A stretch of DNA of 64,000 bases from Eledone cirrhosa (GCA_964016885.1 OZ024741.1:293508001-293572000), one strand, 5' to 3'; shown: positions 30,212 to 43,175, counted from the stretch's first letter. Made by a program: numbers and translations. Notes: a model not told the origin generated them from the letters alone.

Positions 30212-31158
30212 CTGGAAGAATGGAAGGCAAAGTTGGCCTCAGTGGAATTCGAAATTCGAATGTTATTGGTTAGAAGTGAATACAACAGAGTGTTTTGTTT
30301 GTCACTCATCACTCAACAGTTTCTTGATATTAACGAAATCCCACCACCATCACAACCACCACTACAAGCAATAAGAACCATCATCACCACCACCACCAGC
30401 AACAACCACCACCACTATCAACGATCAGCACCACCAGAAGGAATATCACCACCAGCACCAACCACCACCCTCACTGTTACCATCGACTATCACCACCACC
30501 ATCGCCAGTAACAACTACAACCTTCACTAGCAACAAGCACCTCCCTTACTGGCAATCACCACCACGACCAGAAGAAATATCACCACCAGTGACAACCACC
30601 ACCACCAAACCCACCATCACCAACCATACCCCCACAACCAACAACCAAACAAACACCTCCACCAATAATCACACTAGCAACCATCATCACCACCACCACC
30701 AGCAACAATTACAGCTCTATCAACATGAATAACAATAATAACATCCACAACATCTGCAATGCTCAATAAAGTTAGTGAACAACTTTTAATAGTTTTGTCA
30801 TTTGAATATTATGGATATCACATAGAAGAATCCATACAGAGTATGATCTCATAATTTAGAATTAAGCCCTGTTGAATATAGAGAGATATCACACATGACA
30901 AATAACAGAGGAATACAAGATAAGGAGAATAATTTTGATTGTAAACACACACTCACACATATGTTCGAGTACGTATGTGTGTGTGTAGATGTGTGTGAGT
31001 GTGTTTGTGCACATGTGTGTGTATGTGTGTATCAGTTTGTGTTCATGTGTATGTGTTTGTGTGTATGTATGAGTGTGTTTGTGTCCATGTCTATATATGT
31101 GTGTGCATATGTATATATAATACTTGAGTATATGAGGTTATACATAATAGGAATATAT

Positions 31159-31335
31159 ATCATCATTATCATCATCACTGTTTTACATCCATTCTTCCAT
31201 GCTAGCATGGGTTAGACGGGTTGTCCTATTGTGGGCAATGCCAAGTCAAGTGACCATGTCTTGCTCATACAGGACTGATTTTGGCTTGGTTTCTACAGCT
31301 GGATGCCCTTCCTAACACCAACCTCATTTACAGTG
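31159..31335 (-). mobile_element. RTE-type 3' tail
   Basis: Near-identical to 63084-63255. Confidence 0.85.
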
Positions 31336-31790
31336 AAAGACCTGAAAATCCGCCTCTTCATTGTTGTAGTGGATTCTGTGCTGCTGTACGGGTCTGAGAC
31401 TTGGACACTGACCAAGAAACTCACTCAGATGGTGGATGGGTGCTACACGAGAATGCTGAGGATGGCTCTGAACATTAATCAGTATACACTGAGGATGAAA
31501 AACTCAGAGCTGTATGGGAGCCTCCCAAAAGTCAGCTCAAAAGTGACACAGAGGAGACTGAGGTTAGCTGGACATGCTCACCGACAACCAGAGTTGACAT
31601 TGCACTCAGTGCTCTTGTGGGAGCCCCTACATGGACACACTGGAAGAGGAAGACCAAGGTTAACGTATGTTGATGCCCTAAGGACAGAGACTGGTCTGTT
31701 GGAGACGCAGGACATGGCAACGATAATGAGGGACAGGGACCGCTGGAGAGAACTCGTCCATGGATCTCGGGAATTTTACCCGCCCTAGAT
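31335..31790 (+). mobile_element. RTE-clade LINE 3' fragment (different family)
   Basis: VLLYGSETWTLT...RRLRLAGHAHR...GRGRPRLTYVD. Confidence 0.9.
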
Positions 31791-31824
31791 ATATTATTGA
31801 TATATTAGTTTAACAATTATAATA

Positions 31825-31960
31825 ATAACTGTTTCTACTTTTGGCACAAGGCCAGCAATTACCCAGTGCATTACTGGTACTTTATTTCATCGACCCCGTG
31901 AGGATGAAAGGCAAAGTTAAGCTCGGCGGGATTTGAACTCAGAATGACAAGGACCGTATA
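31825..31960 (-). mobile_element. Meta-type SINE (5'-truncated)
   Basis: Same family as 6494-6680. Confidence 0.85.
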
Positions 31961-32585
31961 TAATAATAACAAAGGCAAGTTATTTTACATATTCCTTTCA
32001 TTGTCTTATGATTGTTTCGGAGGGTTGATCATATTGATATATTGATTGATCTACAGCAGTTAGAGAACTATATTCTATCAGACATAATATATGGGTTCGA
32101 TCATACCACCGTCTTCTATATTGATATAGATATTTTCACTTTCCTCTCTATATGCAATAATGATCATTATTTAACGGCCATTCTCCATGCTTGCATGGGT
32201 TAGACCGGATGTCATGTTAAGAGGGAAGCTGTGATATGTCACCATGTCTTGCTCATATAGAAGTGTCTTTAGCCTGGATTTCTATGGTGCTGGAGAAGGA
32301 AGGGTGTCTGTTAACATAATCTTTAGATACCTAATTCACCCGATGGCCGACTGGGTCAGATTGGCTATCATGCTTTGAGAGTAGGCAGGACAGAGGTCAC
32401 ACATAATTCATACATTCTGTTCTTGTGGTGGACCTGCGTAGTTGCCCCTCCAGACATTTTGTTGTGGTACAAGGTGAAGTGTGTCCAGTCTTAAATGTTG
32501 GTATAGGATAGGTGGTAGGACATCTGTCTTTCTATATTGGTATGTCTTTAGGGGCAGGGGCTGCCTTTTCATATACATACTATCA

Positions 32586-32616
<31 letters not shown>

Positions 32617-33034
32617 GCACATTCACAGACACACGCACATATCTCTATATGTGTGTGTATATATACACACACATATATATTACATAATTAGCCTCACAAT
32701 TGTTCGTCAGTGGTGGTAGCCTTCTACGAATGGAAAGGCTTGTTTAACCAACTAGTACACATCATGGTATTGTCATCACAAATGTAATAGTAGTCCTAGG
32801 CTTGTAATGAGAGAGAGATAAACCAGGATTAAATAACATTAAATTATTTAATTGATTGACAAATATTTCGATCAATTCAATACAACAGAAATATTCATTT
32901 TTGCTGCATTGCTCTGGACTGCTTTTACCTATGTTGCTATGGACTATAAAATCACATTTGAGCTTTGAATTATTCTTTGCCTTTATATGGCTGTGTTACT
33001 ATCGCATCTATTTTATACATGTGTATATATATAT

Positions 33035-33340
33035 GTAAAGTTATGGTGGTACCACAACATCCAGTCCAAAATAAATGAGGTTGTGTAGGTGTCATGACAA
33101 AAAAAAACACACAGTCTACGCTGTAATGTGGCCATGTAGGTAACACGGTAAAACCTCCCAGTCCACAATGTAAATGTGGTTGGTGTTAGGAAAGGCATCC
33201 AGCCGGAAAGGCATCCAGACAGTCCTATACGAGTGAGACATGGTCACCCGACCAATCTTGCCTCAAGTAGGACAAACAATTCCCATCTAAACCCATGCTG
33301 GCGTGGAAGATAGACGTTAAACAATGATGATGATGATATG
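33035..33340 (+). mobile_element. RTE 3' UTR/tail fragment
   Basis: Homologous to 62400-62700. Confidence 0.85.
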
Positions 33341-33344
33341 TATG

Positions 33345-33384
<40 letters not shown>

Positions 33385-33639
33385 TATGTGCACTGCCTTT
33401 CTAACTATAAAAGCTTCAGGGCACAGGCATTGCTTTATATCTGGAGATCTCTCTGCACTTGTTGTCACATGGTACCATGGGCCCAGTACTATGTGTCAAT
33501 AATTTTCACAAGTGTAGTGTTTGTACCAGACTTTTCAAGTCGCTGGCTGGACTAAAAATTCACACTCATTCAGTGCATCGGTAGGGGTTCTCTTACATGG
33601 ATATAAAGTAGTGGCCGTACTCGAAAACGAGTTGGCAGC

Positions 33640-33642
<3 letters not shown>

Positions 33643-33716
<74 letters not shown>

Positions 33717-33921
33717 TATATATACATATATATGTATATATACATATATATATAAATATATATATATATATGTGTGTGTGTATGTATATATATATGTGTG
33801 TGTGTATGTATATATATAGGTGTGTGTGTATGTATATATATATATATATATATGTGTGTGTATATATATATATATATATATGTGTGTTTGTATATATGTA
33901 TATATATATATATATATATAC

Positions 33922-33983
<62 letters not shown>

Positions 33984-33984
33984 G

Positions 33985-34060
<76 letters not shown>

Positions 34061-34081
34061 CGTATATATATATATATATAC

Positions 34082-34116
<35 letters not shown>

Positions 34117-34156
34117 TACATATATATGTATATATATATATATATATAAGTACATA

Positions 34157-34230
<74 letters not shown>

Positions 34231-34300
34231 AGTACATATATATGTATATATAAGTACATATATATATGTATATATAAAATACATATATGTATATATGTGT
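33643..34300. repeat. (TA)n/(TG)n microsatellite block
   Basis: Direct inspection. Confidence 0.97.
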
Positions 34301-34660
34301 TTGTAATGTAATTTCTGTTTAAGGACAAAACTGTTTTGAAAGATAAAACAAATGGATTAGTTGAAGCAGAAAGATATTCTGTCAAGCTTTTAAATGAATG
34401 CTGGAATCTTGGAAATCTAAGATGAGCTTTAGAGAAGCTGTCTCTTGTGTGATTCAATACAACTTCTGTTGTTCTATTGGATACATACATACAGAATATA
34501 TACCATTTGAGAAGTTAGTCAACACGACACCATACAGATCATCTCAGGTTATCATGTTGTTCAGGGTTTATATGTGTGTATGTAAGGGTGTATGTGTATA
34601 TATATATATATGTGTTTGTATTTATGTATGATTATATATATTTATATACATACATATATG

Positions 34661-34724
<64 letters not shown>

Positions 34725-35260
34725 AACACACACATGTGAAATAACATAATGATGCTATATTGATACTTCGTTCCTCCTCATAGTTATTATTCTCTCTCTC
34801 TATATATATATACATACACACATATGTATATGTATATATAAATATATATATACACACACACATATACACACATGTATATGTATATATATATATGAGTGTG
34901 TGTGTGTGTTATCATTGTTTCTATTTTTCTATATGTTTGCTTTGATTAGTGGTTGCAGGGCATTGAGTGTGTTAGTAGATATGAGAAGTGAATAGGTATG
35001 TATTTTTCTGAAACAAAAGATTTGTATGACTGAGTTTCGGTATTTCAGTGGTTAAATAAGAGACATAGTAACTGTGAGGTGAGAATTGAAGGTAAACCAA
35101 CCTTAGAGAGACTAAATTCTTTAGTACTGAAATATAAAATTGACTTCGGATTATATCAGATATTGTAGCATTTAATACATGTATACTTTTCATCTTATAT
35201 TCTGGATTTATGTATCTTTCTCATTGTGCAATTGTGTGTGTATGTAAATATATGTGTGTT

Positions 35261-35292
<32 letters not shown>

Positions 35293-35295
<3 letters not shown>

Positions 35296-35580
35296 AGGTT
35301 GTGAGTTCAATTCTCAGACCGGGTGATGTGTTGTTACCTTGAGCAAGACACTTTATTTCACATTGCTCCAGTTTACTCAGCTGTAGAAATGAGATGATAG
35401 GGACTGGGGTCCCTATCATTCCACTGCAAAGTGGTCGTGGAGGTGCCACGGCAAAAAAAGCACCCAGCACTCACTGTAAATGAGGTTGGTGTTAGGAAGG
35501 GCATCCAGCTGTAGAAATCAAGCCAGAATCAGTTCCCGTCCCACCCTTGCAAGCAGGGAGAGCGGACGTAAAATGAAATG
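35293..35580 (+). mobile_element. CORE-type SINE with RTE-derived tail (5'-truncated)
   Basis: Near-identical to the reverse complement of 60415-60700. Confidence 0.9.
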
Positions 35581-35604
35581 ATATATATATATATATATTT
35601 ATAT

Positions 35605-35917
35605 AATGAAATTATTGTGTACAGTGCTCAGGTGCACTACAACTCGTCAAAGGTGCATGTATCGTAAGTACATAGAATAATGTACAAATGTCAGGAAAGT
35701 GAACAGTGTATGAGTCATGATATACATATGTGCGTGTGTATATACATGTGTGCCTGTGTGGGGAGATATCAGGTATAGTGTTGGCGAATTTCAGGAAGCA
35801 TGGAGATTTTAAAGGATGCAGTGTCTCAGCAGCTAACAACTGATGCAGGTAGTTTGTTTCATGCTTCAGCATGTGAAAAAGAAAAATGTTTCCGAAAGTC
35901 ATGGGAGCTGTGCTGTT
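35605..35917 (-). mobile_element. CR1 LINE 3' end
   Basis: QHSSHDFRKHF...EAxNKLPASVVS; homologous to 40062-40376. Confidence 0.85.
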
Positions 35918-35980
35918 AGTAAAAAATGTGGTGTCTGTGAAAAGGAAAAAAAAGGAAGACAGTGCCTAAGAGCTAATATA

Positions 35981-36160
35981 TTATTTATGTTCATACACAG
36001 AATAAAAGGTCTACAACATTGAATTATGACCATTTCCCTAGATTATAACTGTGATAAAATTTGTGACCTAGTCCTCCGTCTCTTACAATCCGGGGAGATG
36101 GTCATAATTTGATCCTGAAACCTTAGGTAGCGCTTTTGTTCTGTATATGAATATAAATAA
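35981..36160. mobile_element. Hairpin MITE (copy 2)
   Basis: TTATTTATGTTCATACACAGAA ... TTCTGTATATGAATATAAATAA. Confidence 0.75.
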
Positions 36161-36325
36161 ATAATTGTTTCTACTTTTGGCATAAGGCCAGCAATTACCC
36201 AGTGCATTACTAGTACTTTATTTTATCGACCCCGTAAGGATGAAAGGCTAAATTAACCTCAGCGGGATTTGAACTCAGAATGGCAAGGGTCGTAACTCTA
36301 TACATCAAAGCATGGCGTCCGAATG
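36160..36325 (-). mobile_element. Meta-type SINE
   Basis: Same family as 6494-6680. Confidence 0.85.
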
Positions 36326-36863
36326 TATCGGGTCTCTTCCCTGATTGAACACTGTTTTCCTTTTTCACATCAACTGAATTTTTACCACACACACACATGC
36401 ACACACACACGTATGTGTGTGTGTGTGCAGGTATGAGTGTATCCACCTAAAGTCATCTTTACATTTAAACTCACAGAACTTGACTTTAGTGGGACATATA
36501 TATATATAGTAATAATAATAATAAATGTGAAGACTAAAATCCAAAGAGGGCTCAAATATAGATGTGTGTATGTATATATTTAATAACCTTAGTCAATTTA
36601 TTTACCTTATTCTTAACTCCGAAGCCGAAAAACATTCGGTTTCCTAAATAGAATATTAGTCTACGACTCCATTTATAGCATAAACGTGTTTTTGTCTTTG
36701 CGCGTAATTGTTCTCATCACTCCATATAGTGACGTTTTATTTTCACTTTTTTCCATTCATTGCGAGAGAATGTTTTCATGAACCAAAGTATTGTCTCCCT
36801 GTTTTCCTCCGGCTGCAACGTTTTTCGAAATATTTACTTCTGCGTTCACAGATTGATTATTTT

Positions 36864-36914
36864 AGTTTCAGAAGATACCGATAAGGGTAAAAGCAGCGAT
36901 TCTTTGCTTAAACT
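36864..36914 (+). ncRNA. Degenerate hammerhead-like motif
   Basis: AGTTT-CAGAAGA-T-ACC-gataag-GGT-AAAA-GCA...TGC-TTA-AACT: three stems, two core substitutions. Confidence 0.35.
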
Positions 36915-36936
36915 TTAATCTGTTATTTCAATATAT

Positions 36937-36970
<34 letters not shown>

Positions 36971-37002
36971 TGTATATATAAATATATATATATTATATAT
37001 AT

Positions 37003-37342
37003 AAATGTGGTTGGTGTTAGGAAGGGCATCCAACTGTAGAAAACCTGCCAGACAGTCCTATGCGAGCAAGAAAATCACTCTTGCCTCAAGTGGGACTACC
37101 CCCGTCCAAACCCATGCAAGCGTGGAACACGGACGTTAAACGTTGATGATGATGATGATGATGATATATATAATATATATTATAAATATATATATATATA
37201 TATTATAAATATATATATATATTATATATATAAATATATATATATTATATATATAAATATATATATATATATTATAAATATAAATATATATATTATATAT
37301 ATAAATATATATATATATTATATATAAATATATATACATTAT

Positions 37343-37409
<67 letters not shown>

Positions 37410-37527
37410 ATATATCATCATCATCAGCATCATCGTTTAACGTCCATGTTCCACGCTTGCATGGGTTTGGACGGGAGTTTTCCCACTTGAGGCAAGAGTG
37501 GTTGTCTTGCTCACATAGGACTGTCTA
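37003..37527. mobile_element. Two RTE tails, tail-to-tail across (TA)n
   Basis: 37003-37163 (+) and 37415-37527 (-) both match 62541-62700. Confidence 0.9.
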
Positions 37528-37926
37528 TATATATATAATATAGATATAGATATATATATATTTATATATATATATAATATATATATATTTATATTTATAT
37601 ATATATATATTTATATATATAATATATATATATATATTTATATATATAATATATATATATATTTATATATATAATATATATATATATTTATATATATAAT
37701 ATATATATATATATTTATATATATAATATATATTTATATATATAATATATATATATATTTATATATATAATATATATATTTATATATATAATATATATAT
37801 ATATTTATATATATATAATATATATATATTTATATATATAATATATATATATATTTATATATATAATATATATATATTTATATATATAATATATATATAT
37901 ATTTATATATGTAATATATATATATT

Positions 37927-37957
<31 letters not shown>

Positions 37958-38080
37958 CATAATATATATATATTTATATATATAATATATATAAATGAAA
38001 TAATTCCATCGGAAAAGTCCAGGAAAAAAGAGTAGGTAACAGAGCTTAATAGTTATATAATAAACAATATAAGGCAATTA

Positions 38081-38139
38081 TTCGATTTACCAGTGGTTTC
38101 TTAAAAGCAATAAATGTTGCTTTCAATCATCAGAATGAA
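38081..38139 (-). ncRNA. Type I hammerhead ribozyme, intact core
   Basis: TTCATT-CTGATGA-TTGAAAGCAA-cattta-TTGCTTTTAA-GAAA-CC-act-GG-TA-AATCGAA: 10-bp stem II, GUA triplet. Confidence 0.8.
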
Positions 38140-38180
38140 AAAATCCTGGTCTGTTTATTGAATTTGGATTTTATAGATAT

Positions 38181-38497
38181 AGATATATAGTGCGTTATCA
38201 ATAATACATTGAAAAAACCACCAGTGTATGGAATCTATAACCTATGAAAAGCAGACTATAGACACGATAATTAAACATATAAATTAAAGCGTAAATAAAT
38301 ACCTCTATAACTATATAACACACGTACAAATCCAAAGATCTTTGGATTTGTACGTGTGTTATATAGTTATAGAGTATTTATTCACGCTTTAATTTATATG
38401 TTTAATTATCGTGTCTATAGTCTGCTTTTCATAGGTTATAGATTTCATACACTGGTGGGTTTTTTTCCCTGTATTATTGATAACACACTATATATCT
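38181..38497. repeat. ~317-bp spacer-less palindrome centred on GATC
   Basis: ...cacgtacaaatccaaaGA|TCtttggatttgtacgtg...; arms ~158 bp with scattered mismatches. Confidence 0.95.
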
Positions 38498-38620
38498 CTC
38501 TCTGGTGTGTTACCTTCTCAACATATTATATTTTAAAGGGCTCAGGATCTCTTCTCCTTTGAGCACACTATTTACAGGGAATAGCGAGGGCCTATGCCTC
38601 CGTTAATTTATCGTGATATA

Positions 38621-38717
<97 letters not shown>

Positions 38718-38775
38718 ATATATAGAATAAGAAAAAGCGAAGTTGTTTCAGATGTTAAAGTCCTTTAATGATAAT

Positions 38776-38850
38776 GCTGTGATACATATTTCAATGACGA
38801 CAGTGGACACACACTTCGGTGTACCCAGTGCCGTGACATCATCAGACAGC
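38776..38850 (-). ncRNA. Type I hammerhead ribozyme with long stem II
   Basis: GCTGT-CTGATGA-[tgtcacggcactgggtacac-cgaa-gtgtgtgtccactgtcgtcatt]-GAAA-TATGTA-TC-ACAGC, followed by ATTAAA. Confidence 0.75.
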
Positions 38851-39339
38851 TTCTTACATAATAAGGTTATGTTTCAGAGGCAATCCAAATTGAACCGACA
38901 GGGGAACAGACAAAGCGTGTGCTCTTGAATCCTTCGTGAGTCCCAATTCACCCCAACCGGTCTGCGCAGACGCAAGTCCAAAGGAAGTTGACCATCAACT
39001 ACCCGAAAACTCTACGAAACTCGCCTAGGCAGGTCCCCCTCTCAACCAAACAATCATCCTATCCAGGTCTGTAATATGACCCGGTTATAGTTTACTGCTA
39101 GTCGTCCTGCCAGTGGCAGTTGGCCGAATCCTAGTGGGGTGGGAGAGTATAAATTTCAATAGGTCTCAATACTACACCTAAATTAAGCATGAACAATATA
39201 ATTGACCATCACCCGCTGAGAGAATATATACTTATTTCTAGGTATTATGGTTTCACAGTAGAAATTATGATTGAAAATTAGAAATTAAAAAAATTACAAG
39301 TTAAAATGTTGATTGAAGTAAGTAAAAAAATATGTACAT

Positions 39340-39530
39340 ATAATTGTTTCTACTTTTTTGGCACAAGGCCAGCAATTACCCAGAACATTACTGGTACTTT
39401 ATTTTATCGACCTCGTAAGGATGAAAGGCAAAGTAACCTCGGCGCGATTTGAACTCAGACCGTAAAGGGATGTAACTATGCTGGAAAGCATGGTGTCCAA
39501 CTCTCTACCGATACTGCCAATCTACTGCAC
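39340..39530 (-). mobile_element. Meta-type SINE
   Basis: Same family as 6494-6680. Confidence 0.85.
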
Positions 39531-39864
39531 TTGTACATATAATAACTAATAAAGAGGGAGATGTTTAAATTATAGTAAGAAGTTTTGAAAGGAGGATCAA
39601 TATTACAGATATAATATCCATATATTGAACGATAGTACTGTACAGTAGAACGGGGGGTAAATTACAGTATGAATGGTAGTAGTTAGGCGGGTACATGGTT
39701 AGAATTTCCATCACATGCAACAAAACAAAAAATACAAAATATAAAATACAAAAAATGATTTGTAAGACTTTGCCAGGTGGTGCTATTAAGTTAGACATGG
39801 CCTGGGCCAATACTCGCCAAAACCTATCAAAGTTATCAAAGTTATATTATATATATATATATAT

Positions 39865-39898
<34 letters not shown>

Positions 39899-40061
39899 AT
39901 ATATATAATATATATATGTGTATTATATATATATATATAATATGTCCCAGCCTTGCAAGTAGGGAGAAGTGGGTGTAAAATGATGATGAAGATGATGATA
40001 TATATATATTATATATATTATACATATATATATATTATATATATAATAATGAAATAATAAT

Positions 40062-40376
40062 AATGAAATTATTTTGTAAAGTGCTCAGGTGCACTACACT
40101 TCATCAAAGGTGCATGTATAGTACATAGAATAATATACAAATGTCAGGGAAGTGAATAGTGTATGAGTCGTGATATACATGTGTGTATGTGTATGTAGGG
40201 GGAATATTAGGTGTAGTGTTGGCGAATCTCAGGAAGCATGGAGGTTTTAAAGGATGCAGTGTTTCAACAACTAACAACTGATGCAGATAGTTTGTTCCAT
40301 GCTTCAGCAACTCTGAGCGTGAGAAAATGTTTCCGAAAGTCATGGGAACTGTGCTGTTTTCTGATTTTATGGGCAT
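40062..40376 (-). mobile_element. CR1 LINE 3' end
   Basis: HKIRKQHSSHDFRKHFLTLRVAEAWNKL; (ATT)-rich tail. Confidence 0.88.
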
Positions 40377-40897
40377 CGCCTTTGACAGAAATTGTCCTTT
40401 CCTCATCTTGTATGAAACGTAGCGATTGTCTTCATGTACCACCAGCCTAATGAACTTTTCATCCACGCCTTTCTCCCTTGCAATGGCACGCATCGACTTG
40501 CTAGGTTCATTGTTGATGATATCCTGAACTTCAGCGACGAACTCGGGCGTTCTGAAGGTGTCAGATCGTCGATCATGTGTTTTCCTCTCTGATGTTGCTT
40601 CGTAGTCAAATCTTGAATCTTCCAATTCCTTTCTCACCTTTTCCACCATTCCCATTCTGACGCTGAGCAAGTCTGAAATTTCCTTATTTGTCCTCCCAGC
40701 ACGGATTCCAACAAGAACTCTGTGTCTCTTTCACAAATTTGGAGGTTCAAAATTATTCATAATCAATTATTCTGAAAATATATAATGGAAATATAGTCAC
40801 TGTTTTTATGAAGACAAGAGTGACAACGGAAGTAAAAAAAAATTATTTGCATAAAACTAGCAGTTGTAAATTGCGAACAAATATCGTCCACACCCTG
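40377..40897 (-). mobile_element. Tc1/mariner (maT-like) 5' fragment: TIR and transposase HTH region
   Basis: TA|CAGGGTGTGGACG terminus; RTPEFVAEVQDIINNEPSKSMRAIAREKGVDEKFIRLVVHED. Confidence 0.85.
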
Positions 40898-40914
40898 TAT
40901 ATATATCTATATCT

Positions 40915-40945
<31 letters not shown>

Positions 40946-40971
40946 TATGTGTGTGTGTGTGCGTGTGTGTG

Positions 40972-41091
40972 TGAATAGAGTCAGTACCCCAACGCCTGAG
41001 CTCCAGCTGTTTTGACAGCTAGATCGGAAAGGCTTCGGAACTAGCTGTTGAAACGGCCGGAGCACAACCGTCGGGGTCGTGACTCTTTTCA
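40972..41091. repeat. Fold-back hairpin (~50-bp arms) made of a hammerhead 3' half
   Basis: Right arm CTAGCTGTT-GAAAC-GG...CC-GTC-GGGGTC; left arm is its diverged reverse complement. Confidence 0.8.
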
Positions 41092-41267
41092 TATTACCCA
41101 CTCTACTACCCTAAGTATTGAGTACTCTGGTGCGTTATGGTGCACCTGGTATTTCACCACACCCTCTTTGTTATGTATATATATACATATACAAATAAAA
41201 TACAGAGTTATTTACTCATATTGATACCCTGTAATTAACAAGCTCAAAGTATAAATACTGAGCATTA

Positions 41268-41453
41268 ATGGATTGGCAGTATCGGTAGAGGGTCGGACGC
41301 CATGCTTTGACGCATAGAGTTGCGGCCCTTGCCATTCTGAGTTCAAATCCCGCTGAGGTTAACTTTGCCTTTCATCCTTACGGGATCGATAAAATAAAGT
41401 ACCAGTAATACATTGGGTAATTGCTGTCCTTGTGCCAAAAGTAGAAACAATTA
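41268..41453 (+). mobile_element. Meta-type SINE
   Basis: A box, B box and central domain. Confidence 0.88.
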
Positions 41454-41454
41454 T

Positions 41455-41870
41455 ATAATAATAATATATGTAGAAATAAACACAGAGAATTCTGTGTCTA
41501 AAATTACGAGGGTAAATATACCACAAATGTTTTATATATTTAACCTGAATTATACAGTAAAATATAGAATTTATACAGACCGTATCAATTACCATTTCAT
41601 CTCTCGGACAGATTAGAGATTTAATCTGTTTCGCCCTGAAAATTTTCGCTGAGGAAAGCCTACGGATTATCTGTTACAAACACAATTTTCAGGGCGAAAC
41701 AGATTAAATCTCTAATCTGTCCTAGATATGAAATGGTTATTGATACGGTCTGTATAAATTCTATATCTTACTGTATGATTCAGATGAAATATATAAAACA
41801 TTTGTGGCATATTTAGTCTCGTAATTTTAGACACATAATTCTCTGTTTATTTCTACATATTATTATTATT
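41455..41870. repeat. Fold-back inverted repeat, ~190-bp arms, ~39-bp spacer
   Basis: 41455-41644 versus 41684-41870. Confidence 0.95.
41644..41726 (+). ncRNA. Type I hammerhead spanning the fold-back centre
   Basis: TTTCG-CTGAGGA-aa-GCC...GGC-GAAA-CAGATTA-aatctc-TAATCTG-TC; the left arm keeps the stem I partner CGAGA. Confidence 0.8.
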
Positions 41871-41879
41871 TTTATATAA

Positions 41880-42070
41880 GGGCGGTGGATTGGCAGTATC
41901 AGTAGAGGGTCGGACGCCATGCTTTCCATCATAATTACGTCCCTTTACGATCTGAGTTCAAATCCTGCCGAGGTTGACTTTGCCTTTCATCCTTACGGGG
42001 TCGATAAAATAAAGTACCAGTAATGCACTGGGTAATTGCTGGCCTTGTGCCTAAAGTAGAAACAATTATT
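41880..42070 (+). mobile_element. Meta-type SINE with apparent TSD
   Basis: Flanked by ttatttctacatat..tattattatt on both sides. Confidence 0.88.
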
Positions 42071-42099
42071 ATTTCTACATATATTATTATTATTATTAT

Positions 42100-42133
<34 letters not shown>

Positions 42134-43175
42134 ATGTAGGAGGTGAGTTTTATTGTAGCACAATAACGCTTTTATATCTTTTACAAATATACCCATCTTT
42201 CTACTTTATTTCAGTATATTATATTATACTATTTCAGTATATTATATTATACAATTTACTCATTATATGTCGTTAGCGTTCCCCTAATTTTCTTCTTTTT
42301 TATCCCTTTTTCCTTTTTTCCTATTTTCTTTTTTAATTTCTAATCTTTAATCTGTAGCTTTTACTTCTTATTTACTTCTTAATTCATATTATTACTCACT
42401 ATAGCATTTTCCTTATATTCTTGGCCATACAAACTATATTTTTAATATATACTAATATTACCATTAGTAAATTTTGTAAACATATTTTTTAACGTTATAT
42501 TTATTCTCCCTTAAAGTTTCTCCTTTCTTCTCTCCTTCCGTGCTCGTATTAAACCTATTATTTACTTTTTCATATTACAATACATAGAAACAAACTTAGA
42601 CCCTAACTAATTCCTCTAAGTTCATAATTCCTTTAATCTTCATTCACCTATCTCCTTAATATTTTTATTTTAATAATTGTTTCTACTTTAGGCACAAGGC
42701 CAGCAATTACCCAGTACATTACTGGTACTTTATTTTATCGACCCCGTAAGGATGAATACATATTAATAAATTCCTTTTCACACATATTATTAAACCCTTC
42801 AATATATAAACCTTAAATAAATTCTATTCTTAATTCCTTTTTCTTTAATCATAAACATCACCATTCATAAACCTCTTAACTTTTAATTTCAAAATTCTTT
42901 TGGATTACAACGGTTTTTTAAATTTCTCTCTGTGAGACAGTGTTTCTCAGTAAGAAAGGCTATCTCTCTCTCTCTCTCACTTATTTCTCCTTCTCTCTCA
43001 TCCTTCCTTCTTATACTCCTCTCCCATCATCCTTTATTTTCTTTCTTCCTCTTCCTTACCTCTCCTTCCTTCTTTTTTTCCCAATCTCATATATCCATCT
43101 TATTTTATTTTTCATATGTAGATTTAACACTTCACTGCTCGCAAGTGTTTTTTTAAACTTCATATCATGTCTCCC

